From assembly GCA_044221725.1 (NCBI GenBank), contig JBGAON010000004.1:128001-192000 (forward strand): a DNA stretch of 64,000 bases, in the 5' to 3' direction. The notes under the pieces were generated by a model that made no database searches, had not been told where the DNA came from, and was given only the letters and a program-made list of their open reading frames with translations. The DNA comes from Elusimicrobiota bacterium. Its GTDB lineage: Bacteria > Elusimicrobiota > Elusimicrobia > F11. The position numbers were made by a program, and so were the translations under genes. This document shows positions 47,998 to 55,422 of the stretch, in pieces; within the stretch, counting starts at the first letter, position 1, and every line of letters starts with the position of its first letter.

Positions 47998-48819
47998 ATG
48001 AAAGACGCCGTCGCGCATCAAACCGACCGATCCGGATCACCGGTTCTGTATTTGGTCCTGCTGACAATTGGTGTTGTTTTAATTTTTATGGGGGTGGCTT
48101 CTCTTGGCGGCTCTATGTTGGCCGACCATCTGTCTGGGAAAAAGCTTCCGAACGGAATGGATTGTTTCGTTGTGCCGATCGTGTTTGGTCTTTTGCCGAG
48201 CATTCTTATTGCGCGGTCGCTAACACATCTGCATTCGCGTATTCGGTTTCACGGATTGGCCGTTGTTGCCGTTACATTTTTGTTTTTTATTGGGAGTCTC
48301 GCGTCAACCGCAATGGTGACTTACAACTATTTTGTGCAGGCCGAGATGGCCATCGACCAAGCGTTGACCAATGTGGAGAACGCGTATCAGAAACGTTTCA
48401 ACGTGATTAAAAATTTAAACGCTGCATCAAAACGGTACCAGGAACATGAACGGAGCACGATCAAAGACATCGTTGACGCACGGAAAGCCGCGGTCGATGC
48501 GAAAGTTTCTGCGGATAAGATCCAAGCGCTCGATAAATTCGATGCCACGGTAAAGAGCTTGTTTGTGAATATTGAAGCGTACCCGAATTTAAAAGCCGAT
48601 CAGTTGGTGCTTGAGCTCATGAAGAACATTACCTCTACCGAAAATGACCTCTTGAAGGAAAAAACGGAATACAACAACCGTGTTATCGAATTCAACAAGA
48701 GCATTCGTCTCCTTCCTTACATGCTTGTCGCGCGACTCAGCGGTTTTCAGCAAAAAACTTTGATCCACAGAGAAAACGACACCGATATTTACAACGCGCG
48801 CAGTTTGTTAAAAGATTAA
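47998..48819 (+). CDS. LemA family protein with extra N-terminal TMs
   Basis: YN, V...YQKR..VI.NL, EAYP.LKA, EN......YN..V..FN. Confidence 0.88.
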   Translation: MKDAVAHQTDRSGSPVLYLVLLTIGVVLIFMGVASLGGSMLADHLSGKKLPNGMDCFVVPIVFGLLPSILIARSLTHLHSRIRFHGLAVVAVTFLFFIGSLASTAMVTYNYFVQAEMAIDQALTNVENAYQKRFNVIKNLNAASKRYQEHERSTIKDIVDARKAAVDAKVSADKIQALDKFDATVKSLFVNIEAYPNLKADQLVLELMKNITSTENDLLKEKTEYNNRVIEFNKSIRLLPYMLVARLSGFQQKTLIHRENDTDIYNARSLLKD

Positions 48820-48828
48820 TTGGTGATT

Positions 48829-49323
48829 TCACTTGTTTGAGACAAGTCCTGGATCGGAAAGGAAAGAAACCTTAAGAATTTTTGTTCGAACGGTCGCTTC
48901 CGGGCCGTCCCACGTCACCGTGTCGCCCGGCTTCGCGCCGAGCATTGCGATTACGATTGGTGCGGACCATGCGAGGGAATTTTTTCCAGTGCGCGCTTCG
49001 TCTTCGCCGACAATTTGAAACGTTTGTTGTTCGCCGGTTTCGGTTTCGATTGTGACTGTTGCCCCAAATCGAATTTCGTCGCCCGATCCGAGCGGCACAA
49101 CCGTGGCGCTGTTAATTCGTGCTTCAAGATAGCGCAAATCACGGTCGATAAGTTTTGCATCGCCGCCAGCCTTTTGAATTTTCGCTTTGTCCGCAGCGAG
49201 TTTGTGCACGTCGGCTTTTAACAGATCGAGCCCGCGCTGCGTAACATAATTCGGCCCCGCCGGCACCGGCCGTTCGAGAATGTCGTCCCCAGCATCATCT
49301 TCCTTCGTAAACGCGCGACTCAT
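48829..49323 (-). CDS. GreA/GreB family short-form factor
   Basis: MSRAF.KE.D, NYVT.RG, FGATV, FQIVGEDEA, W.AP...A.LG. Confidence 0.85.
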   Translation of the reverse strand: MSRAFTKEDDAGDDILERPVPAGPNYVTQRGLDLLKADVHKLAADKAKIQKAGGDAKLIDRDLRYLEARINSATVVPLGSGDEIRFGATVTIETETGEQQTFQIVGEDEARTGKNSLAWSAPIVIAMLGAKPGDTVTWDGPEATVRTKILKVSFLSDPGLVSNK

Positions 49324-49430
49324 TTCATTCTTTGTATTACTAGGAACTGAACCCTTTTTGGGTCTTTTGTTTTTTCGATCATTTCTGGAATGGCAACGTA
49401 TTCTTTTTCGTAATGCCGCCGGCCGGCAGT

Positions 49431-49850
49431 TTAAGAATTGCTGGGGTTGGAAAGAAGAACGTACGTGGTGAGTTCGTTGGCCGAAATGACCAATTGGCCA
49501 TCTTTTAAAGACATTGAAACCGGCTGCCACGTGCCGTTGATGAATGCGTAGGCGATCGGATGTTCAATCGTGTTGTCGCAGGAAAACCGAATTGTGATCG
49601 GAGCTGTTGGCGTGAGATCATTTTCGGCTGCGCTTAGCTTAACTACCGAGAGGCAACTCGTGACCGGCGTGCCCACGGGCGGAACATTGTAGATGCGCGA
49701 TTGCGCGGGTTCGGGGAGCCACTCTTGTCCCAAAAGAATATTGAGGCGGGTGCCAGCCGGCAGTGCTCCGTCGGGCACGATCACGGAGGGATCGGCCTGA
49801 ACCACCGTCGGAGAAGATAAAAGTAACGCGCCCAATATTGTTCTACGCAT
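49431..49850 (-). CDS. Secreted hypothetical protein
   Basis: Signal peptide ending VQA; beta-rich. Confidence 0.6.
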   Translation of the reverse strand: MRRTILGALLLSSPTVVQADPSVIVPDGALPAGTRLNILLGQEWLPEPAQSRIYNVPPVGTPVTSCLSVVKLSAAENDLTPTAPITIRFSCDNTIEHPIAYAFINGTWQPVSMSLKDGQLVISANELTTYVLLSNPSNS

Positions 49851-49951
49851 GACACGTAGTTACGAAATATGACCGGGGTTGGTCCACAGAAGAAACGCGG
49901 AAAATTCGGCGAAGAACATTTCGTCGAAAACGATGCGCTATGACGGGGTTT

Positions 49952-50293
49952 TTAGAAAAGCTCTTCCACTTTTTCGGGCGGGCGCGCCACGACGGCGCTA
50001 TTGTCATGAATGACGATGGGGCGCTGCAAAAGGATCGGGTGGTTGGCCATCGCGCGCAGCACATCGTCGGAAAACTTCGATGCAAGTTGCAGCTCGGCGT
50101 AGATCGGCTCTTTTGTGCGGACCATCTCAGGCGCGCGGTCGCCCAACAGTTTCCAAATATTTTTGAGTTCCGCCAGCGTGGGTGGCGTTTTCAAATATTC
50201 AACAATACGCGGCTCAATTTTTTTCTTTTTAAGAATCTCGAGCGTGTTGCGGCACGTTCCGCATTTCGGGTTGTAGTAAATGGTCCAGCTCAT
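49952..50293 (-). CDS. ArsC family reductase
   Basis: IYYNPKCGTCR, EYLK.PP, P.LLQRPI, ARPPE. Confidence 0.9.
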   Translation of the reverse strand: MSWTIYYNPKCGTCRNTLEILKKKKIEPRIVEYLKTPPTLAELKNIWKLLGDRAPEMVRTKEPIYAELQLASKFSDDVLRAMANHPILLQRPIVIHDNSAVVARPPEKVEELF

Positions 50294-50347
50294 GACAGTG
50301 ATTCTATCACGGAGCAAACGATTGCGGGTTCGACACGTAAAAAATCT

Positions 50348-50617
50348 ATGGGATTTCTTATCGCAGTGATTTTCGTAACGGTCGCCAGCGTGGGCGCCGC
50401 GAAGCACGACGGAATTTTAAAGAAAGGCAGCGATACCACGTATCGAGATACCGTTGCCTTCGAAAAACGCGCCGCCGAAGAAAGCCTCGAGCGTATTCGC
50501 GACATCGAGAAAAGGAAAGGCTGGAAATCCTCGTTGGCAAATGTTTACAGTTTACGATACACTGTAAACTGTAAACATGAAGACCAGCACGCGAGATCAA
50601 ATTTTGAAGACGGTTGA
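50348..50617 (+). CDS. Hypothetical signal-peptide ORF, possibly truncated
   Basis: Hydrophobic N-term; 3' end runs through the operator into next gene. Confidence 0.3.
   Translation: MGFLIAVIFVTVASVGAAKHDGILKKGSDTTYRDTVAFEKRAAEESLERIRDIEKRKGWKSSLANVYSLRYTVNCKHEDQHARSNFEDG
50534..50578 (+). promoter_or_regulatory. Promoter with perfect palindromic operator
   Basis: atgtttacagtttac-gatacact-gtaaactgtaaacat (15-bp arms); TTGGCA-N18-TACACT. Confidence 0.8.
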
Positions 50618-51350
50618 AAGAAATGGCAAGGTCCGACCGGTGGAGTTGGCGGCGTCTTTAAATCTCTCGCGGCAGATCATCCATCGCTATCTTAAACAGC
50701 TCGTAGCTCAACAGATGCTTGAAGTTCGAGGGTCCATGCCCGTTACTCATTATGTATTGGCTGGGACGCCCGATTTGAATGATGTTATTGCTTGGTTAAA
50801 AAAGCGACCTATGACAACGAACCCGCCGACGGTGTGTGAATCGAGAGAAGTTTTCGCCGCGAGGTTGCCGCGGTTGGTTGGGCTGGTTAAAAGCGGTCTG
50901 TCTCCCGCAGAATTGCCACTCGTTATTTCATCTGTTGGGGAAATTGGTAACAATTCATTCGATCACAATATCGGGCAGTGGCAGGATGTGCCTGGCTGCT
51001 GGTTTGAATATCAGGTCACTGGTTCGTATTGCTGGTTATGGGTGGCGGATCGTGGCCAAGGTATTTTTCAATCTCTGGCTAGGGTGCATCGTAATTTAAA
51101 GAACGATCAAGCCGCTCTAAAAGCGGCATTCGAAACAATCATTTCTGGTCGCGCGCCAGAGAAACGCGGCAATGGACTTAAATACGTCCGAGAAAATATT
51201 TTGTCGACGAAAGGTGGTGGGCTTGCCTGCTTGTCAGGCACGGGCCACGTGAACTATGGTGACGAAGGAAAAGCTTGCTTGGATTACCTAACGAAAAATC
51301 TGATGGAAGTGAAGGGAACGATCACTCTCGTGGCATGGAGACGCAAATGA
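50577..51350 (+). CDS. Winged-HTH + HATPase_c (anti-sigma kinase-like) fusion
   Basis: ELAASLNLSRQ.IHRYL HTH; E..NN..DH, VADRGQGI, RGNGL boxes. Confidence 0.82.
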   Translation: MKTSTRDQILKTVERNGKVRPVELAASLNLSRQIIHRYLKQLVAQQMLEVRGSMPVTHYVLAGTPDLNDVIAWLKKRPMTTNPPTVCESREVFAARLPRLVGLVKSGLSPAELPLVISSVGEIGNNSFDHNIGQWQDVPGCWFEYQVTGSYCWLWVADRGQGIFQSLARVHRNLKNDQAALKAAFETIISGRAPEKRGNGLKYVRENILSTKGGGLACLSGTGHVNYGDEGKACLDYLTKNLMEVKGTITLVAWRRK

Positions 51351-51631
51351 AAATCGAAGTGAAAAAGTTTGGCGAAATTCTTACGTCGCGACCGGCAGGT
51401 CACGAAGCGGGATTATCGATTAAGGCGTACTTCAAACCGAAGGCGGGCGAACGTCTCGAGCTTGATTTTCGTGGCGTGTTGGCGGTGGGTCCATCGTGGT
51501 TGGATGAAGTTCTCACTATTCTACGTGAAGAATACGGAAAAAACCGTGTGCGATGCTTACCTTCTGAAAATGCTTCCGTTATTGAATCTCTGAAAATTAT
51601 CAATAAGCAGTCCAAAAAAACAGCTAAGTAA
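51347..51631 (+). CDS. STAS-like DUF4325 protein
   Basis: FG.IL.SR..G, LDF.GV..VGPSWLDE; ATGA-coupled. Confidence 0.85.
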   Translation: MKIEVKKFGEILTSRPAGHEAGLSIKAYFKPKAGERLELDFRGVLAVGPSWLDEVLTILREEYGKNRVRCLPSENASVIESLKIINKQSKKTAK

Positions 51632-51679
51632 ATCTTTCGACGTTTCACGGCTCCGTTCGTAAATAGTGAAGAGGCATTT

Positions 51680-51892
51680 ATGAACCGAGTTCCCGTCCAT
51701 TCATCCGCCATCCGCAGTATGGGTTACGATAGGCAGCATCGTGTGCTTGAAATCCGATACGTGGGCGGTGTTCTGTATCGCTATTACGAGGTGCCGCCAA
51801 TTGTCAACGACGCGTTGCGCGCGGCGTCATCGAAAGGTCAGTTTGTGAATGGCGTTGTGAAACCGTTCTTTCGATTCGAGAAGGTTCCGTAG
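51680..51892 (+). CDS. KTSC domain protein
   Basis: V.SS.I.SMGYD....LEI.Y..G..Y.Y..VP......L..A.SKG.F.N. Confidence 0.92.
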   Translation: MNRVPVHSSAIRSMGYDRQHRVLEIRYVGGVLYRYYEVPPIVNDALRAASSKGQFVNGVVKPFFRFEKVP

Positions 51893-51899
51893 CGGAGAC

Positions 51900-52997
51900 T
51901 TAAGGTAAAAATTTGCTGGGTTTTTTTAATTTTGTGGGCAGATACTTTTCGATGACGTGATTCAAACCGTGCTTTGCGAACGCCTGTTGTTCGACGCGGA
52001 CGCCCATCGCGAGCATTTGCTCGATCGCGTTTTTCCATGGTTTGTGGAATTTAATGAAGGGGTCGTTTTTGAGCGCGTCTTTGGCGCGTTTGATGTCCAC
52101 TTCTTCGAGCGGGTGCGTAGCGTCTTTTAATTTGTAATCGATGATATCTTGTGGCGTGACGCCCAAGTACGTCGCTTGTGGCACACAGAAAAATTGATTT
52201 AAGTGTGCATTGTTGCCGGATCCTACTTTAAGCGTGCGATAAATGTTTGTGATGCCGTACGGATCGCCATCCACGAACGCATAGACCGGCAATTTTTTAT
52301 CGTCGGCCAGGCGGCGGATGAAACGGCGGCACGCACGCGTGGGCACGCCGCCCATCGAGATTAAAATGCAATTGGCTGTCGTGTAGTAGTTGTGTTTCAC
52401 AAGCCGCTGAAACATGCCAGCCGTTTCAATCGCGAGAATAAACTTCGCGCTCGTTTCAAACTTCAAGTCTTCGCACGCGGTTGGAATCGAATAAGAACCG
52501 GTGCCAAATTTTGTGCAGTCGATGCGGATTTCTTTTCCGGAATCGGGATCGGTATCGATCACAATGAGCTTGCCGGCCACGTCGCCGCCTTTCTCTTCGG
52601 GAATAAACCCCATTTTTTCGCGGTTCAATCGGAAGTGCGCTTCAATATCGTCCATGATCGTGTCGGACTCGGGCTGTTCGTGAAAGCGCGCCTCGCCCCA
52701 ATTTTTGGACACGTAGTACGCCTCTCTCTTTGTCGCCATGTCGTCTTTCTTAACGATCTCGTGTGATAGGGCCATCATGCGAATGGTTTGCGCAAACGTT
52801 TTAACCGTGTTGTACGTGAGCGTACGTTCTTTCACGCGGTCGCCGATTTCGAAATAGCCTTTTTTCTTGTCGTACGTCACGTTTTCGAGGCTGCGCAGCG
52901 GGAAATCCATGGAGGGCGCGTGTTTCTTAAGAACTTCGTTATAAATTTTATCGGCGGCTTCGCGGATCAGTTTGTCGGCGTTATTTTTCATGGTCAA
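51900..52997 (-). CDS. top6A: DNA topoisomerase VI subunit A (Spo11-like)
   Basis: TKREAYY catalytic Tyr, F..Q.ESD, IETAGMFQRL, GVPTRACRRF, DGDPYG toprim. Confidence 0.93.
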   Translation of the reverse strand: MTMKNNADKLIREAADKIYNEVLKKHAPSMDFPLRSLENVTYDKKKGYFEIGDRVKERTLTYNTVKTFAQTIRMMALSHEIVKKDDMATKREAYYVSKNWGEARFHEQPESDTIMDDIEAHFRLNREKMGFIPEEKGGDVAGKLIVIDTDPDSGKEIRIDCTKFGTGSYSIPTACEDLKFETSAKFILAIETAGMFQRLVKHNYYTTANCILISMGGVPTRACRRFIRRLADDKKLPVYAFVDGDPYGITNIYRTLKVGSGNNAHLNQFFCVPQATYLGVTPQDIIDYKLKDATHPLEEVDIKRAKDALKNDPFIKFHKPWKNAIEQMLAMGVRVEQQAFAKHGLNHVIEKYLPTKLKKPSKFLP

Positions 52998-54743
52998 TTA
53001 GTTCAGAGATGTTTTGTCCTTTTCAAGGATGTCGGTCAATAGCGTGAGTACGCGCTTCTCTTCTTTTTCTTTGAAGCCCAAAATTTCGCGCAAACCGATG
53101 CCGATGTGCGGCAAGTATGACTTGATGTAATCTTTTTTGCGTTTCGCTTCGGCTTCGCGGTAACCGCGGCGAAGATAAGCATCCAAGCGGCGTCCGCACT
53201 CTTGGAGTGCCAAGCGAATTTCCTTTGTGATCTCCGGATAGGACGCCACTGCTTCTTTTGATTCGGAGGTGAACGGAACCCACACGCTTGCCATGTGAAC
53301 AGCGATCAAAAGCGGCCCTGTCGGCAGTGCACCCTTCGATTGATCGACTCCATAATTCTTCCACGCGGTAGTAAGAACACTTTTTGCGATGGCACACGCC
53401 GACTGTTGATAGAGAAGCGGTACGCGATTGGCGAATCGCATCACCTCGGCCAATTCTTCTTTCGGAAGCTCACCGCCATAAGCGAGCGCCACTTCAATCT
53501 GAAAGGGATTGCCGCGGTACACCGACGGTGGTCGCGTTTGCGACGTGTAAAAATCGGCATTGATGTTTTTCTTGATGCCTTGCAACAAATTATTTTCGCC
53601 GATGGGGGACAAGCAATTCGTTGGCGGGTTCATGAGCTTCGTGGCACCGATTGCTTTATGCAACTTGTCCGCTTCGTTATGAGCGATGTCGCCCGGTTTC
53701 GCGTTCGGGTCGATGCCCGCGGCCTTAAGAATGCTGTTCGCCACATTGGTCGACACGCGCGCGAAGTCGCGCGCGAGCATGGTCTTTACCGAGCGTGCGG
53801 CCGTGCTTTTCAGCATCTTCATGAGGATGCCAAGCTCAACACCGTGCGGATGTGGTTTGATTTCTTTCGGTTGAATCGGAAGCGCACGGCTGGCTGGTTT
53901 GTAATGTTCTTTGGTTCCATCCGGTCCCTTGTAAATCAGTTCAATGTGCGGGTTCGCGAGCGCGGTTTGGCGAATGTAGTCTTCGACGGAATGGCGGCCT
54001 TTCTGAAATTTAGCTTCGAGCTCAATCGAAACCTTCGTTCCGTGGGGTCGGTCCCATTTCACGACGTCATCTTTAATAACAGTGGGCTGATTCTTCGCAG
54101 TGTCGATTTGAATTTCAAAATAGTGCGCGGGCTTCTTCGCCGAAATGCGCGAGGTGATGCGCGTGGGGGAACCGGTCGTGAGTTGACCGTACATGCCGGC
54201 CGCCGAGATGCCGATGCCCTGTTGACCGCGGCTTTGTTTCATCGAATGGAATTTCGATCCGTAAAGCAACTTTCCGAAGATTCGCGGGATTTGTTCTTTC
54301 ACAACACCCGGTCCGTTGTCGGCCACTGTCACGACGAAACGGTCGCCGCCTTCCAGTTGTTTGATCCCAACGAGAATTTCGGGAGAAATCTTCGCTTCTT
54401 CGCAAGCGTCCAAACTGTTGTCGACCGCTTCGCGAACCGTGGTGAGCAATGCTTTCTTCGCGTTGTCGAAACCGAGCAGATGCCGGTTCTTTAAGAAAAA
54501 TTCGCTAACCGAAATGTCGCGCTGCTTCGCGGCCATTTTGTCGGCTTCGGTTTTTCCTGCTTGCGGGGTCGCTTTGGGTTTTTGTTCCGTTTCCTTTTCC
54601 GTCATCCTGGCGTGCTTTAAGCCAGGATCCATTTTGGCTGTGGATGAACGTGGGCCCTGGATAGAGGCATTCCCGGGCGACGATTTCTTGCCGGCTTGCT
54701 TGCTCTTCGCAGCTGTCTTAATTGGTTTGGGTTTCTTCTTCAA
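52998..54743 (-). CDS. top6B: DNA topoisomerase VI subunit B
   Basis: ISVSEFF..N...LGF, EAVDNSLDACEE, DNGPG, QSRGQQGIG, RFANRVPLLY, VPFTSESKE. Confidence 0.95.
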   Translation of the reverse strand: MKKKPKPIKTAAKSKQAGKKSSPGNASIQGPRSSTAKMDPGLKHARMTEKETEQKPKATPQAGKTEADKMAAKQRDISVSEFFLKNRHLLGFDNAKKALLTTVREAVDNSLDACEEAKISPEILVGIKQLEGGDRFVVTVADNGPGVVKEQIPRIFGKLLYGSKFHSMKQSRGQQGIGISAAGMYGQLTTGSPTRITSRISAKKPAHYFEIQIDTAKNQPTVIKDDVVKWDRPHGTKVSIELEAKFQKGRHSVEDYIRQTALANPHIELIYKGPDGTKEHYKPASRALPIQPKEIKPHPHGVELGILMKMLKSTAARSVKTMLARDFARVSTNVANSILKAAGIDPNAKPGDIAHNEADKLHKAIGATKLMNPPTNCLSPIGENNLLQGIKKNINADFYTSQTRPPSVYRGNPFQIEVALAYGGELPKEELAEVMRFANRVPLLYQQSACAIAKSVLTTAWKNYGVDQSKGALPTGPLLIAVHMASVWVPFTSESKEAVASYPEITKEIRLALQECGRRLDAYLRRGYREAEAKRKKDYIKSYLPHIGIGLREILGFKEKEEKRVLTLLTDILEKDKTSLN

Positions 54744-54789
54744 TGCGGGGGATAATGCCGAATTTGTAGTTGGGCGTCAAAAAAACCCT

Positions 54790-54814
54790 GGAACCTCGAC
54801 AATAAATTCACGTA
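54790..54814 (+). promoter_or_regulatory. ECF-type promoter
   Basis: GGAAC-N16-CGTA. Confidence 0.6.
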
Positions 54815-54820
54815 TTATTT

Positions 54821-55033
54821 CTCAACAGGAGGTGATGCGTATGAAACATGACAGTATCGTATACCAGGTGGTCTCCGCCTAACAGCGAACGTCTCGGGTA
54901 TCTCACTTTGAGGATCATTCGCATTCTGAACCTCTTCAGGAGACGCGGCCGATAAATGTTGCACCGGCGTACCTTCGGCCGGACCCCGCTGAATTAAAAA
55001 AGCCCGCGCTGTTAAACCCAGCGCGGGCTTTTT
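54821..55033 (+). ncRNA. Candidate structured small RNA with 13-aa ORF (MKHDSIVYQVVSA, 54841-54882)
   Basis: Own promoter, AGGAGGTGA SD, nested stems after the stop, strong terminator. Confidence 0.55.
54996..55033. terminator. Bidirectional intrinsic terminator
   Basis: aaaaaagcccgcgctg-ttaaacc-cagcgcgggcttttt. Confidence 0.88.
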
Positions 55034-55051
55034 CATATAGGATTTATCGAT

Positions 55052-55309
55052 TTATTCACCGTGTACGATTAGGAAGAGTTGATACTGAATGTCTTCGAGC
55101 TCATTATCAACTTCGGTGCAATCGATACCATTTCTCAAACAACTTTCAAGCAGATCTTCGTAATACAATTCAAGCGCTTTTAGTCGGAGCACATCGGCAA
55201 GCGGGCCCACGGCGGGTGCCGGCCGTGGAACCGGATTGTCTGGAAGCACTTGAGTCCCGTCCATTCCCGCATAAACACCTTTTGGCATCGTGCATAAACC
55301 CACGATCAA
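55052..55309 (-). CDS. Small hypothetical protein; start uncertain
   Basis: Plausible helical acidic C-term; followed by terminator. Confidence 0.45.
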   Translation of the reverse strand: MIVGLCTMPKGVYAGMDGTQVLPDNPVPRPAPAVGPLADVLRLKALELYYEDLLESCLRNGIDCTEVDNELEDIQYQLFLIVHGE

Positions 55310-55422
55310 TGAAACTATTACGTAAAAAGTTATTAATCAACTTACTCGCTAACTAAAATGCAACGGGTCTGCCGTCGTGATTGTTTGGCCATGAAATACG
55401 ACGTGTTTTAAGGATGCCCACG

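Noticed and set aside
49940..50347. 5' part of 225-aa plus ORF
   Set aside because: Antisense to the ArsC gene.
53295..54494. 399-aa plus-strand ORF
   Set aside because: Antisense shadow of top6B; no motifs.
54821..55033. Amino-acid attenuator leader or tmRNA
   Set aside because: No codon run and no downstream gene on the same strand; no tRNA-like ends or T-loop seen.
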